DNA from: an uncultured Acidobacteriaceae bacterium
Lineage (GTDB): Bacteria; Acidobacteriota; Terriglobia; Terriglobales; Acidobacteriaceae
Direction: 5' to 3'
Length of the DNA stretch: 64,000 nucleotides
NCBI GenBank assembly: GCA_963789415.1
Contig: CAWBKQ010000005.1
Coordinates: forward strand, 2,232,472 to 2,296,471
Of the stretch, positions 17,572-27,133 are shown piece after piece. The translations under genes were made by a program, and so were the position numbers. How positions within the stretch are numbered: the stretch's first letter is position 1; each line of letters starts with the position of its first letter. The notes under the pieces are model-generated. The model did no database searches and was not told where the DNA came from. It worked only from the letters and a program-made list of their open reading frames with translations.

Positions 17572-18780
17572 TTGGGCCGTTTAGTGAAGCGTTCGCCACA
17601 ATTCGTCAGGCTAGCCGGAATGCTGGCTGTGCTTGCTCCTTTGGCACTCGCGCAGGAAACACGTGTCTCCCGCGAAGGCAACGCGTGGAGCCAAGTCGTC
17701 ACCGGACAACTAGCCGCCGTCAAAAACCTGCGCGTGAAAGTCGATATGGGTTCCGTCGTGGTTCGCGGCGCGCAGCAGCAGGCCATCATCTACACCATCC
17801 ATACGCGCGCCAACACTTCGTCTGAAGAAGATGCCAAGCGCCAGTTCGCCTCCTTCCGCATTAATGCCTACGTCCGCGGAGACACCGCATGGATCGTCGG
17901 CGACTGGCAAGGCGGACGGCCGCGGAAATTCTCCGGCGAATTCGCCATCAACGTGCCCCGCGAAATTGGACTGGTGAAGATCGAGACCGAAGGCGGCAAC
18001 GTCGACACCACCGGGCTGGCAGGCCGCGTGGAAGCGGAAAGCGGCGGCGGAAGCATTCACCTCGATGATATTGGCGGAGGCGCCCATGCCGAGACCGGAG
18101 GCGGCTCAATCGAAGTCGGCACTATCAGCGGCGATATAGGCCTTCACACCGGAGGCGGCTCCATCGAAGTGCATCACGCAAACGGCAAGCTGGTCGCGGA
18201 AACAGGCGGTGGCAGCGTCGAAATTATGTCTGCCTCGCAAGCGGCCAGCATTGAGACTGGCGGCGGCAGCATTCAGGTTCACCAGTGCTCCGGCAAAGTC
18301 AGAGTCTCCACCGGCGGCGGAGGCGTCGATCTCGGCGATATCGGTGGCCCGGCGGAAATTGATACGGGGGGAGGCAGCATCCACCTCTCTTCCGCAAAAG
18401 GTCACGTCGAGGCACGCACCGGCGGCGGTGGAATTGAACTCTACGGTGTGCCCTCGGCCCGCGCTGAAACCGGAGCCGGCGGAATTGTCGTGAAGTTGGT
18501 GAAGACGGGTGCCGAACCGGCGAATTCCACCCTCGAAACCTCCGCCGGTGACATCACGGTCTACATCGCGTCAGACGTCGCTATTTCGGTGCGCGCCAGC
18601 GTGGATCTAGGTAGCGGCCATCGCATCAGCTCCGATTTTCCCGACATTCACGTTTCTAGCGAAGGTGAAAAGTGGGGACCAAGAACGCTCAGCGCTGAAG
18701 GAAGATTAAACGGCGGTGGCCCGATTCTCAAAGTTCGAACTACGACTGGAGATATCTGTTTTCGTCGTATGAATCACTAA
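17572..18780 (+). CDS. DUF4097-type beta-helix repeat protein (putative adhesin fold), secreted
   Basis: About 12 repeats of the (E/H)TGGGSI(E/H)V type. The start is uncertain: TTG 17572, GTG 17584 or ATG 17620. Confidence 0.75.
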   Translation: MGRLVKRSPQFVRLAGMLAVLAPLALAQETRVSREGNAWSQVVTGQLAAVKNLRVKVDMGSVVVRGAQQQAIIYTIHTRANTSSEEDAKRQFASFRINAYVRGDTAWIVGDWQGGRPRKFSGEFAINVPREIGLVKIETEGGNVDTTGLAGRVEAESGGGSIHLDDIGGGAHAETGGGSIEVGTISGDIGLHTGGGSIEVHHANGKLVAETGGGSVEIMSASQAASIETGGGSIQVHQCSGKVRVSTGGGGVDLGDIGGPAEIDTGGGSIHLSSAKGHVEARTGGGGIELYGVPSARAETGAGGIVVKLVKTGAEPANSTLETSAGDITVYIASDVAISVRASVDLGSGHRISSDFPDIHVSSEGEKWGPRTLSAEGRLNGGGPILKVRTTTGDICFRRMNH

Positions 18781-18827
18781 ATTCGATCGGCGAGTACGAA
18801 CGACTTCAAAAGAGAGCCATTGTAGAG

Positions 18828-19988
18828 ATGTTTGGGAGGTTGTCGATGCGAAGACATATTTTGATTGCGGTTGTAATGCTGCCATTGCTCGTCACCTTCT
18901 CGCAAGCCGGACAAAACTGGAACATAAATTCTTGGCAGCCCTACGGCATTCCTAGCGAAGACTCAGGCTCAACTTCCTATCTCGGTGTCGACATCGCCGA
19001 TATCAGTGCCGACCGCGTGGCGACTCTCAAATTGAAGGAAGAACAAGGCGTCGAAGTCACCATGGTTGACCAGGACGCTCCCGCAGGGAAGGCCGGCATC
19101 AAGGAACACGACGTCATACTGAGCATGAACGGAAGCGCGGTTGAGAGCAAATCGCAACTGCAGCGCATGATTCGCGAAACCCCTGCCGGCCGCGTCGTCA
19201 CTCTTGGATTGAGCCGCGATGGACAGCCAATGACGATTAAGGTGCAACTCGGCGACCGGCGCTCGGAGTTTCATCACATCGCAAAATCAAAAGATGACGA
19301 CGAATTTCACTTCGAGATGCCGGCAATCCCCTCCATGGACTTTGAGGTCCCTAGTGTTAGCGTCGTGGTCGTACAGTCGTCGGCCCGCAGCGGCATCATG
19401 GTCGAAAATCTCACCCAACAACTTGGCGAGTTTTTCGGCGCCAAGGATGGCAAAGGCGTTCTGGTGCGATCGGTCGAAAAAGGCAGCCGCGCGGAGAAAG
19501 CCGGGTTGCACGCCGGGGACGTGATCGTGCGCTTGGGCGAGCAGCCGGTGCACGACACCAGCGACTTCACCCACGCTCTGCACAATCGCAGCGCGGGGTC
19601 GGTCAACGTAGAGGTGATTCGCGACCGGAAGCCGCAGACCCTTACGATCGCTCTTCCAGGAAGAAAAGAGTCCGGCGACATGTTGCAAGAGGGCTTCGCC
19701 TTGCCTGACCTCGATGCAGAAACCCGCATGGAATTGGCCGGCGCCGAGAGCGAGGTTGCCCGGCTGCGCCCGCAAATGGAATTGGCCCGCGAACAGGCCC
19801 GCAAGGCAAATGAAGAGATGCGCAGATCGCTGTGCCAACAGGAGCAGCAGATGAGAGAACAGGCTCGCAAGCTCAGGCAGGAGTACGGCCCCAAAGTCCG
19901 TGAACAACTTTTGAGGAATGCGGAGCAGTTGCGCAAAAAGATGGAGCAGCTGCGGCTGGAGATGTCGACCCACTGGCTGGATATTTAA
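18828..19988 (+). CDS. periplasmic tandem-PDZ protein with a C-terminal coiled coil and no protease domain
   Basis: Signal peptide, then two PDZ-like cores (PAGKAGIKEHDVILSMNG and RAEKAGLHAGDVIVRLG). The tail is Glu/Arg/Gln-rich and helical. Confidence 0.75.
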   Translation: MFGRLSMRRHILIAVVMLPLLVTFSQAGQNWNINSWQPYGIPSEDSGSTSYLGVDIADISADRVATLKLKEEQGVEVTMVDQDAPAGKAGIKEHDVILSMNGSAVESKSQLQRMIRETPAGRVVTLGLSRDGQPMTIKVQLGDRRSEFHHIAKSKDDDEFHFEMPAIPSMDFEVPSVSVVVVQSSARSGIMVENLTQQLGEFFGAKDGKGVLVRSVEKGSRAEKAGLHAGDVIVRLGEQPVHDTSDFTHALHNRSAGSVNVEVIRDRKPQTLTIALPGRKESGDMLQEGFALPDLDAETRMELAGAESEVARLRPQMELAREQARKANEEMRRSLCQQEQQMREQARKLRQEYGPKVREQLLRNAEQLRKKMEQLRLEMSTHWLDI

Positions 19989-20037
19989 AATCGTGGCGCG
20001 ATCAGGCTCCGAAATTTCTTCGCGGCTCGCACAATAT

Positions 20038-21531
20038 TTACCCCTGTGACCCAGCCCCCTGCCGCCGCGCAGAATTTCCTAGGCACACACGATTGCGCCC
20101 GGCTTGTTTCGCAGCGTAGAGAGCATTATCGGCAGCTTTCACCAGTTCATCGCGGGTAGTTCCATGCTCCGGAAATGCCGCCGCTCCCGCGCTCACCGTA
20201 ACCGTCCGCGGTACGCCCGGAAACTGCCAGGTCGAGACCATCTTCCGCAGCTTCTCGGCTATACTGAACGCCTGATCCGCCCCGGTTTGGGTCAGCAGAA
20301 TCGCAAATTCCTCGCCGCCATAACGGCAGACTACGTCGATCTTCCTGACCTGCTGGTGAAACAACGATGAAACCTGCCGCAGCACTTCATCGCCGAGAAC
20401 ATGCCCAAATTCATCGTTCAATCGTTTGAACTGATCGATGTCGGCCATGATCACCGCCATACCCGAACCATACCTGCGGGCCCGCTCGATCTCCTCGAGA
20501 ATTCTTAATTCGAAGAAACGGCGGTTAAAAATACCGGTCAGGCCGTCCAGGTAAGCAAGCTGCTTCACGCGCTCAACGTAGTGCGCATTCTGGATCGCGG
20601 TCGCGCAGATATCGGCCACCGACTCCAGCGACTGCAAATCGCCGTCGTGAAACGCGTCAGGCTGCGAACTGTCGAGCGCCAGCACTCCCAGTGTCTGTCC
20701 AAAGGAAACAAGAGGAATGCGCATGCGCGATTGCGATTCCGCAAAAAATCTGGCGCTGGTCGCGGCCGAAAGGTGGTTCTCCATTGCGGTGCGATTGCCG
20801 GCCAAAATGCTCGCCCAGGGCTCGTTGCTCACCGGAAAACGTCCGCCTTGAGGCATGCGGGGTGTGAGCGTGCCGTGATGAGCGCGCAACACCAGATCCT
20901 GATCTTCCCTCAGGAACAGCGAGACGTGCGAAACCCGAAAGGCATCCTGAATCAGTTCGCAAACTCTTCTGAGCAGCTCTTCCAAATCGAGAACCGCAGT
21001 GGTTTGCTGGGCAATGGCATTGATTGCCTGCAGCTGCCGGGCACGCTGCTGCTCCAGCGAATAAAGTCGCGCGTTCTGCAGGGCGATCGACGCCTGGTTC
21101 GAAAACAGTGTAAGCAGGTCGATCGTCTCTTTATCGAAGTGGTCAATACGATCGCTTTGGCAATCGAGCACGCCCACAACTTCATCGCGCACCATCAACG
21201 GAATCGAAAGCTCGGAACGGGTGGATTTCGCCGAGCGGATGTAGCGAGGATCTTTTAACACATCCGGGGCGTAAACCGGCTGCTTCTTCAGCGCTGCGGC
21301 GCCGGTAATGCCTTGTCCCACGGGCCATCGCAGGCCGTCATGGCCGTCATCCCATCCTATCTGCGAGCGGACGTACAACTGCTGCGAGCTCGGATCCCGC
21401 AGGATAATCGCCACATTCCGCAGATGAAAGTAGTCCCGTGCGATCGCCAGGATTCGCTGCAGTACCTCGTCCAAATCGAACGTGGAAAGCACAGCTTGCC
21501 CTGCATCGTACAGGACCGCAATATTATTCAT
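20038..21531 (-). CDS. GAF-GAF-GGDEF diguanylate cyclase
   Basis: Two GAF-like halves, then GGEEF with an RxxD I-site five residues upstream (RKIDVVCRYGGEEF). Confidence 0.9.
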   Translation of the reverse strand: MNNIAVLYDAGQAVLSTFDLDEVLQRILAIARDYFHLRNVAIILRDPSSQQLYVRSQIGWDDGHDGLRWPVGQGITGAAALKKQPVYAPDVLKDPRYIRSAKSTRSELSIPLMVRDEVVGVLDCQSDRIDHFDKETIDLLTLFSNQASIALQNARLYSLEQQRARQLQAINAIAQQTTAVLDLEELLRRVCELIQDAFRVSHVSLFLREDQDLVLRAHHGTLTPRMPQGGRFPVSNEPWASILAGNRTAMENHLSAATSARFFAESQSRMRIPLVSFGQTLGVLALDSSQPDAFHDGDLQSLESVADICATAIQNAHYVERVKQLAYLDGLTGIFNRRFFELRILEEIERARRYGSGMAVIMADIDQFKRLNDEFGHVLGDEVLRQVSSLFHQQVRKIDVVCRYGGEEFAILLTQTGADQAFSIAEKLRKMVSTWQFPGVPRTVTVSAGAAAFPEHGTTRDELVKAADNALYAAKQAGRNRVCLGNSARRQGAGSQG

Positions 21532-21619
21532 AACTAGACAAATATGGTAGCGTGGCGCGCGGGATCAGCGAGGTTCCGAAAGTAACAAGGAAATCCTTAG
21601 CTCAAAGAGGGCGGTCAGC

Positions 21620-21835
21620 CTACTTCCACCTTCGCGCTGTCCTTATGAGACCCCAGGCGACCACGCAGAGCCAGAAATCGACCACCAGGCCCCAATCCAG
21701 TTGAAACGGTTTGTGGCGCGGTAGATGAAAGAACGAACCTAGAAAGAAGTAGGCCAGATTGCCCAGAATTACCGCACACAAGGCTTGAATCAGATTTACG
21801 GCGATTGAAGCTTTGGGCGGGGAACTCATTCGCAC
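21620..21835 (-). CDS. possible small two-TM membrane protein
   Basis: 71-aa ORF with two hydrophobic helices. It lies 88 nt upstream of the cyclase gene on the same strand. There is no further support. Confidence 0.4.
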   Translation of the reverse strand: MRMSSPPKASIAVNLIQALCAVILGNLAYFFLGSFFHLPRHKPFQLDWGLVVDFWLCVVAWGLIRTARRWK

Positions 21836-21865
21836 CGGAGGCTGCTAACATTCCTAAGAACTCTG

Positions 21866-24068
21866 ATGCTTGAACTCACGACGCCGGTACAGTATGTAAG
21901 AGGAATTGGCCCAAAGCTGGCGGAAATTCTTGCCACTAAAGGCATTGCAACCGTTGGCGAACTGCTCCTTTATCTACCCTTTCGCTATGAAGACCGGCTG
22001 AACCCGCGTGGTATTGCCGAACTACGGGCCGGCGAAATGGCCACAGTCATCGGCGAAGTCCGTAATTCTGGCCTTTTTCGCACCCGCAAGATGCCGATCT
22101 TCCAGCTCACGGTGGGGCAAGGACGGTCGCGGCTTCGCTGCTTGTGGTTTCACGGCTCTTATTTGCGCGATAAATTCAAGCCTGGCGAACTCATCGCGCT
22201 CTACGGCAAAGTCGAACAAGATCAACGCAGCGGCGAATTGCAGATCATCCAGCCTCAGTATGAGATGCTCGGCGACGCTTCCGGCGATGCGGCTCAGGAC
22301 AAAGCGGCTGCATCGCTTGGAAGTTGGCCGTATCGTACCGATCTACGAATCAGCAGGCCAGGGTCGCGTCACCTCGCGCTGGTTTCGCCGAGTCGTTCGT
22401 ACCGCTCTTGAGAATCTGACTCCAGAATTGCCCGAAACCATCCCGCAATCCGTATGTCAGAATCTGGCGCTGGTCTCGCTGCGCGAAGCTCTCTGGAAAG
22501 TTCACTGGCCCGAAGCTGGAGAAAGCCTCGCCGACTTGCAGTCGGCGCGGACTCCGGCCCACATCCGTCTCATCTTTGAAGAACTGTTTTTCATCGAGCT
22601 GGGACTGGAACTGAAACGCCGTCAACAGAGGGCCCAAACCGGCATCGCGTTTCGACTGGATGATCGCGCGCGCCAGGCGATCAAGAAGATTCTGCCCTTT
22701 CATCCCACCGCAGCGCAGAAGCGCGTGCTGAAAGAAATCGCCGGAGACATGCAACAACCTCATCCCATGCGACGCTTGTTGCAGGGAGACGTCGGCTCCG
22801 GCAAAACCATCGTCAGCTTTCAGGCGGCAATTATCGCCATCGAAAATGGCTACCAGGTTGCTTTGATGGCGCCCACGGAGATCCTTGCACAGCAGCATTA
22901 TTTCTCTGCGCGGAGAATTCTGGAAAACGCCGGTTACCGCGTTGTCCTGCTAACCGGCTCGCTCGAATCCGATCGCAAGCGCGAAATCCGCCGGCACATC
23001 GCCCAAGGCGACGCCCAACTGGTAATCGGCACACACGCTTTACTGGAGGAAAAAGTTGAGTTCGCGAAGCCCGGCCTAGTCATCGTCGATGAACAACACC
23101 GCTTCGGAGTTCTGCAGCGGCTCAAGCTGATGAAGAAATCAGGAGAAGGAACTGATCGCGAGCCAGACGGTCGAACCGATCAAGCAGCGGCCAACGGCGC
23201 GCAGCCGGCTTCAGCCGAGCCCGACGTTCTCGTGATGACTGCTACGCCGATCCCAAGAACCCTGGCCCTCACTATTTATGGCGATCTCGATCTGAGCGTG
23301 CTCGACGAACTGCCTCCCGGCCGCACTCCGATCGTCACTCGCAGGATTACCGACGACCGTTCGTCCGAAGCCTGGGACTTTGTACGCAGACAAGTCGCCA
23401 AGGGACATCAGGTCTACGTCGTCTACCCGGTCATCGCCGAAAGTGAGGAAACCGAGCTGAAAGCGGCAGTCAAAATGTATCGCGAGTTAAGCACGAGATT
23501 GTTTGCTGATCTGAAAGTCGGACTGCTGCATGGAAGGCTAGACCCCGAGTTGAAAGATCAAGTCATGCGGATGTTTCAGAGAGGCGAATTGCAGATTCTC
23601 GTGGCAACAACGGTGATCGAAGTCGGAGTAGATGTGCCTAACGCCACCGTAATGGTCGTCGAGCATGCCGAGCGCTTTGGCCTGGCCCAACTCCATCAGT
23701 TGCGCGGGCGCATCGGTCGCGGCGCAGCAAAATCCTATTGCATATTGATGACGGGCGGCAAAGTGACCGAAGAAGGCGAGCGCCGGCTCGACGCTATGGT
23801 CAAAACCAACGACGGATTCCAGATCGCCGAACTCGATCTTGAACTGCGTGGCCCAGGAGAGTTTTTTGGCACGCGCCAGGCGGGCATGCCCAGTTTCCGC
23901 GTCGCTAACTTGATGCGTGATAGGCAACTGCTCGAGTTGGCCAAAAGAGAGGCTGCCGCTATTATCGCCGGGCCGAATGAACAAGTCTCGCAGGTTGAGA
24001 TTAGCCGCGCCCTGGTTGCGATGCGCATGCGCTGGCAACACACCTACGGACTGGTGGAAGTAGGCTAG
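21866..24068 (+). pseudogene. recG: ATP-dependent DNA helicase RecG, frame broken by an apparent 1-nt insertion near 22319-22320
   Basis: The wedge/OB N-terminus is in the frame of 21866 and stops at 22411. The helicase part (GDVGSGKT, DEQHRFG, QLRGRIGRG) is in the frame of the 22008 ORF. Removing one G from CTTGGAAG restores ...AAASLEVGRIVPIYES... Confidence 0.85.
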
Positions 24069-24103
24069 AGCGTAGTCCGGAACTCCGCTTCGTTAAGGAG
24101 TGA

Positions 24104-25117
24104 TCAGTTCTGGTCTCCCGCCCCATGCTTTCCCTTGCAGAGCTTGCAGAAGGTTGGCGGCAATGTGTTGTCCACACGATGGTGCACCGGCTTGACGGTG
24201 CGTAGGTAAGCGAACACCGCTTTCAAATCGTCGTCCGTCATCTTGCCGTAATCAATCCAAGGCATCATTGCGTTCAGTTCGCGCGCCTTCACCTTGCCGG
24301 TATGCATGACCTCGAGAAAAAGATTCTCATCGTAATACGAAATGCCGGAAACATCCGGAGTGATGTTCGCACTGGTCACGGTGGCGAGCGGCGTGCCGGA
24401 GAATTCGAACCCGCCGCCAAAAGCCATCTGCATGTTCATCTGTCCCTTCTGCTGCGGCGTATGGCAATCGATGCACGCCGCCATTTGAACCAGATATTCG
24501 CCGCGCTTCACCGGCGTCGAGAGATCGGGCGAGGGCACAGGCGCAGTCACTGGTTCAGGCGCATTCCGGATCAGGTATTTCACAGGAAATTTGATCTCTG
24601 TCTGGGGCAAAGGATTGCGAACAGCCTCCAGCGACCGCAGGTACACAACAACAGATGCGAGGTCTTCGTCAGACATGTCGCGGAAGTTTTCATACGGCAT
24701 CAGCGGAAATAGGGTGCGGCCGTCGTGGCCAATGCCCTCGCGAATGGCGCGCGCGAATTGATCGTCGCTCCACGTTCCTGCCCCGGTCGCCGAATCTGGA
24801 GTGAGATTGGGCGCAACCACGGTACCGGGGAACATTCCAGGAAACACCTGTCCAGCTCCGAGTTTGCCTTCGACCGCTGGAGCGCCCGGGGCCTTCCAAT
24901 CATGTTCCGAATGGCAGTCGGTGCAGCCCATCACGTAATTCGCCAGATAACGACCGCGCGCCAGCCGCTCCGGCGTGGACTCGAACTTACGATCAGTAAG
25001 CGGCCGCATTCGAGGCCCTAAAAACGGCCTCCAACCGATCGTGAAGCTGATGCCTGCAACCAGAACCGCAAACAGGCCGACGAATCCGAATGCCAACCAT
25101 TTCCAAAATCGTTTCAT
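24104..25117 (-). CDS. membrane-anchored dihaem c-type cytochrome
   Basis: N-terminal TM helix and two CxxCH motifs (CTDCH, CIDCH). Confidence 0.8.
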   Translation of the reverse strand: MKRFWKWLAFGFVGLFAVLVAGISFTIGWRPFLGPRMRPLTDRKFESTPERLARGRYLANYVMGCTDCHSEHDWKAPGAPAVEGKLGAGQVFPGMFPGTVVAPNLTPDSATGAGTWSDDQFARAIREGIGHDGRTLFPLMPYENFRDMSDEDLASVVVYLRSLEAVRNPLPQTEIKFPVKYLIRNAPEPVTAPVPSPDLSTPVKRGEYLVQMAACIDCHTPQQKGQMNMQMAFGGGFEFSGTPLATVTSANITPDVSGISYYDENLFLEVMHTGKVKARELNAMMPWIDYGKMTDDDLKAVFAYLRTVKPVHHRVDNTLPPTFCKLCKGKHGAGDQN

Positions 25118-25244
25118 TCTCGTCCAAGGCGCGGAGAATGGCTAGCATTCTACGGCTTCGCCGCTTCCCACTCAATGTCCAAACTGATCGCCGCAGATGC
25201 GAAGTCGCCTCCTGGGGACCACTCCTTGGGTTATATTCCCAACT

Positions 25245-26090
25245 ATGTTCCGCAACGATCTTCTTGCAAATAAGCGCATTCTCATCACCGGCGGTGGAAC
25301 CGGCCTCGGCAAAGCGATGGCTCACCGCTTCCTCGAACTCGGTGCCATCGTTCACATCTGTGGTCGCCGCGAAGAAGTCCTGGAAGAGACCGCAGCCGAA
25401 CTGTCTGCGGCTACAAAAGGTTCTATCCACCCTATTCCCTGCGATGTTCGCAATGCCGAGGCGGTGGAAGCGATGATCGAATCCATCTGGAGCGAAAGTC
25501 CCCTCGACATCCTCGTCAATAATGCCGCGGGAAACTTCATCGCCCGTACCGAGGAACTTTCGACCCGAGCCTTCGAATCAGTCATCGGCATCGTCCTTAT
25601 GGGAACCCTCCACTGCACCATGGCTTGCGGACGCCGCTGGCTGAAGGCAGGGCACGGCGGTACCGTGCTGAGCATCTCAGCCACCTACGCTCCGGTCGGA
25701 TCGGCCTACGTCGTGCCTTCGGCAGTTTCAAAAGCCGGAGTAGAAGCGCTCACTCGCAGCCTTGCGGTCGAGTGGGGAAATCGAGGCATCCGCATGAACG
25801 CTATCGCGCCGGGCCCGATCCCCACGCAAGGCGCGTTCTCGCGGGTTCTTCCGAGCCCCGAGCTTGAGGTCGCTGCGCTTGATCGCAATCCGCTCCACCG
25901 TTTCGGTACCACGAAAGAGCTGGCCAATCTCGCTGCCTTTCTCGTGAGCGATGGTTGCGCATACATCAACGGCGAAGTCATCCGCATGGACGGAGGAGAG
26001 TTTCTGCAAGGTGCCGGAGAATTCAGCAACCTCGGCCGGCTGCTGACCAACGAAGATTGGGAGTCTCTCAAGCCGCGCAAGAAATCATGA
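25245..26090 (+). CDS. SDR-family oxidoreductase (2,4-dienoyl-CoA reductase-like)
   Basis: ITGGGTGLGKAM Rossmann motif and NNAAGNF. ATG 25245 fits the usual SDR N-terminus. Confidence 0.85.
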   Translation: MFRNDLLANKRILITGGGTGLGKAMAHRFLELGAIVHICGRREEVLEETAAELSAATKGSIHPIPCDVRNAEAVEAMIESIWSESPLDILVNNAAGNFIARTEELSTRAFESVIGIVLMGTLHCTMACGRRWLKAGHGGTVLSISATYAPVGSAYVVPSAVSKAGVEALTRSLAVEWGNRGIRMNAIAPGPIPTQGAFSRVLPSPELEVAALDRNPLHRFGTTKELANLAAFLVSDGCAYINGEVIRMDGGEFLQGAGEFSNLGRLLTNEDWESLKPRKKS

Positions 26091-26222
26091 TACTTTGCAG
26101 CTGCGGAGCCCCGGCGGTGCAACTCTTTACACAGACAACACTGGTTCCTGCCCTCTTGAGTGGAGTCGAATTACACCGTGCCGCATCCAACTTAGGACCA
26201 AACGAAACACTGGAGGCTCACC

Positions 26223-27122
26223 ATGCATGTCGTTTTAGGCGCAAGCGGAAATACCGGCCATGTAGTAGCGCAAGCACTTCTCTCGAAAGGCGAAAAAGTT
26301 CGCGTCGTCGGTAGAAATGCCGACCACCTGCAATTTCTCGCGTCTAAGGGCGGCGAAATCTTTATCGGCGATGTCACCGATCCTGAAGCTCTTGCCCGGG
26401 CGCTTCAAAACGCCGATTCTGCTTACGTCATGATTCCGCCCAATCCCAAAAGCGACCGCTTTCGCGCTTTTCAGGAGCGCGTGAGCGATGCGATCACAAA
26501 GTCCCTGCGCGATGCCGGAGTTAAGAATGTGGTTTCGCTCAGCAGCGTCGGGGCTGACAAGCCGTCTGGAACCGGTCCCGTCGTTGGCCTTTACAACCTT
26601 GAACAGAAGCTCAATCAACTCGCAGGCGCGAATATTCTTCATCTTCGCGCTGGCTACTTCATGGAGAACACTCTGCCGCAAGCCGCCGCGATTCGCATGA
26701 CTGGATCCACAGTTGGTCCGCTGCGCCCCGACTTGAAGGTGCCCATGATCGCCAGTTGCGATATCGGCAAGGCAGCCGCCAAGGCAATGTTGAGTCACGA
26801 TTTCTCGGGTAAGCAAACTCGCGAACTCCACGGAAACCGCGATCTGAGTTACATGGACGCAACCGCGATCATCGGCCAGGCGATCGGCAAGCCGGATCTG
26901 AAATATATTCAGGCGCCCGACGATCAGATGCTATCTGCCCTGGTCCAGATGGGAATGTCGGAGGATTTCGCCCGCCAGATAATCGAAATGGCAGGCGCAT
27001 TGAACTCAGGACATATGCGTCCGCTTGAGCCTCGCACGCCGGAAAATACTACGCAGACTGAATTCGAAGATTTCGTAGCGGAATTTTTCGTACCGGCGTA
27101 TCAACAACAGAAGGCAGCATAG
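26223..27122 (+). CDS. NmrA-family NAD(P)-binding protein
   Basis: VLGASGNTGHVVAQALLSKG Rossmann start and typical NmrA length. Confidence 0.8.
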   Translation: MHVVLGASGNTGHVVAQALLSKGEKVRVVGRNADHLQFLASKGGEIFIGDVTDPEALARALQNADSAYVMIPPNPKSDRFRAFQERVSDAITKSLRDAGVKNVVSLSSVGADKPSGTGPVVGLYNLEQKLNQLAGANILHLRAGYFMENTLPQAAAIRMTGSTVGPLRPDLKVPMIASCDIGKAAAKAMLSHDFSGKQTRELHGNRDLSYMDATAIIGQAIGKPDLKYIQAPDDQMLSALVQMGMSEDFARQIIEMAGALNSGHMRPLEPRTPENTTQTEFEDFVAEFFVPAYQQQKAA

Positions 27123-27133
27123 AACGACTGCAG

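Noticed and set aside
17990-18500. Periodic repeats of about 54 nt that might be mistaken for a CRISPR-like or tandem DNA repeat array.
   Set aside because: The periodicity is at the protein level (TGGGSIxV beta-helix repeats of the DUF4097 protein) inside a continuous ORF. There are no direct-repeat and spacer units and no cas genes.
22008-22300. The first ~100 codons of the 686-aa ORF that contains the RecG helicase core.
   Set aside because: This stretch is out of frame relative to the recognisable RecG wedge domain (frame of 21866). It is open only by chance. The two ORFs are better explained as one gene with a 1-nt frame error.
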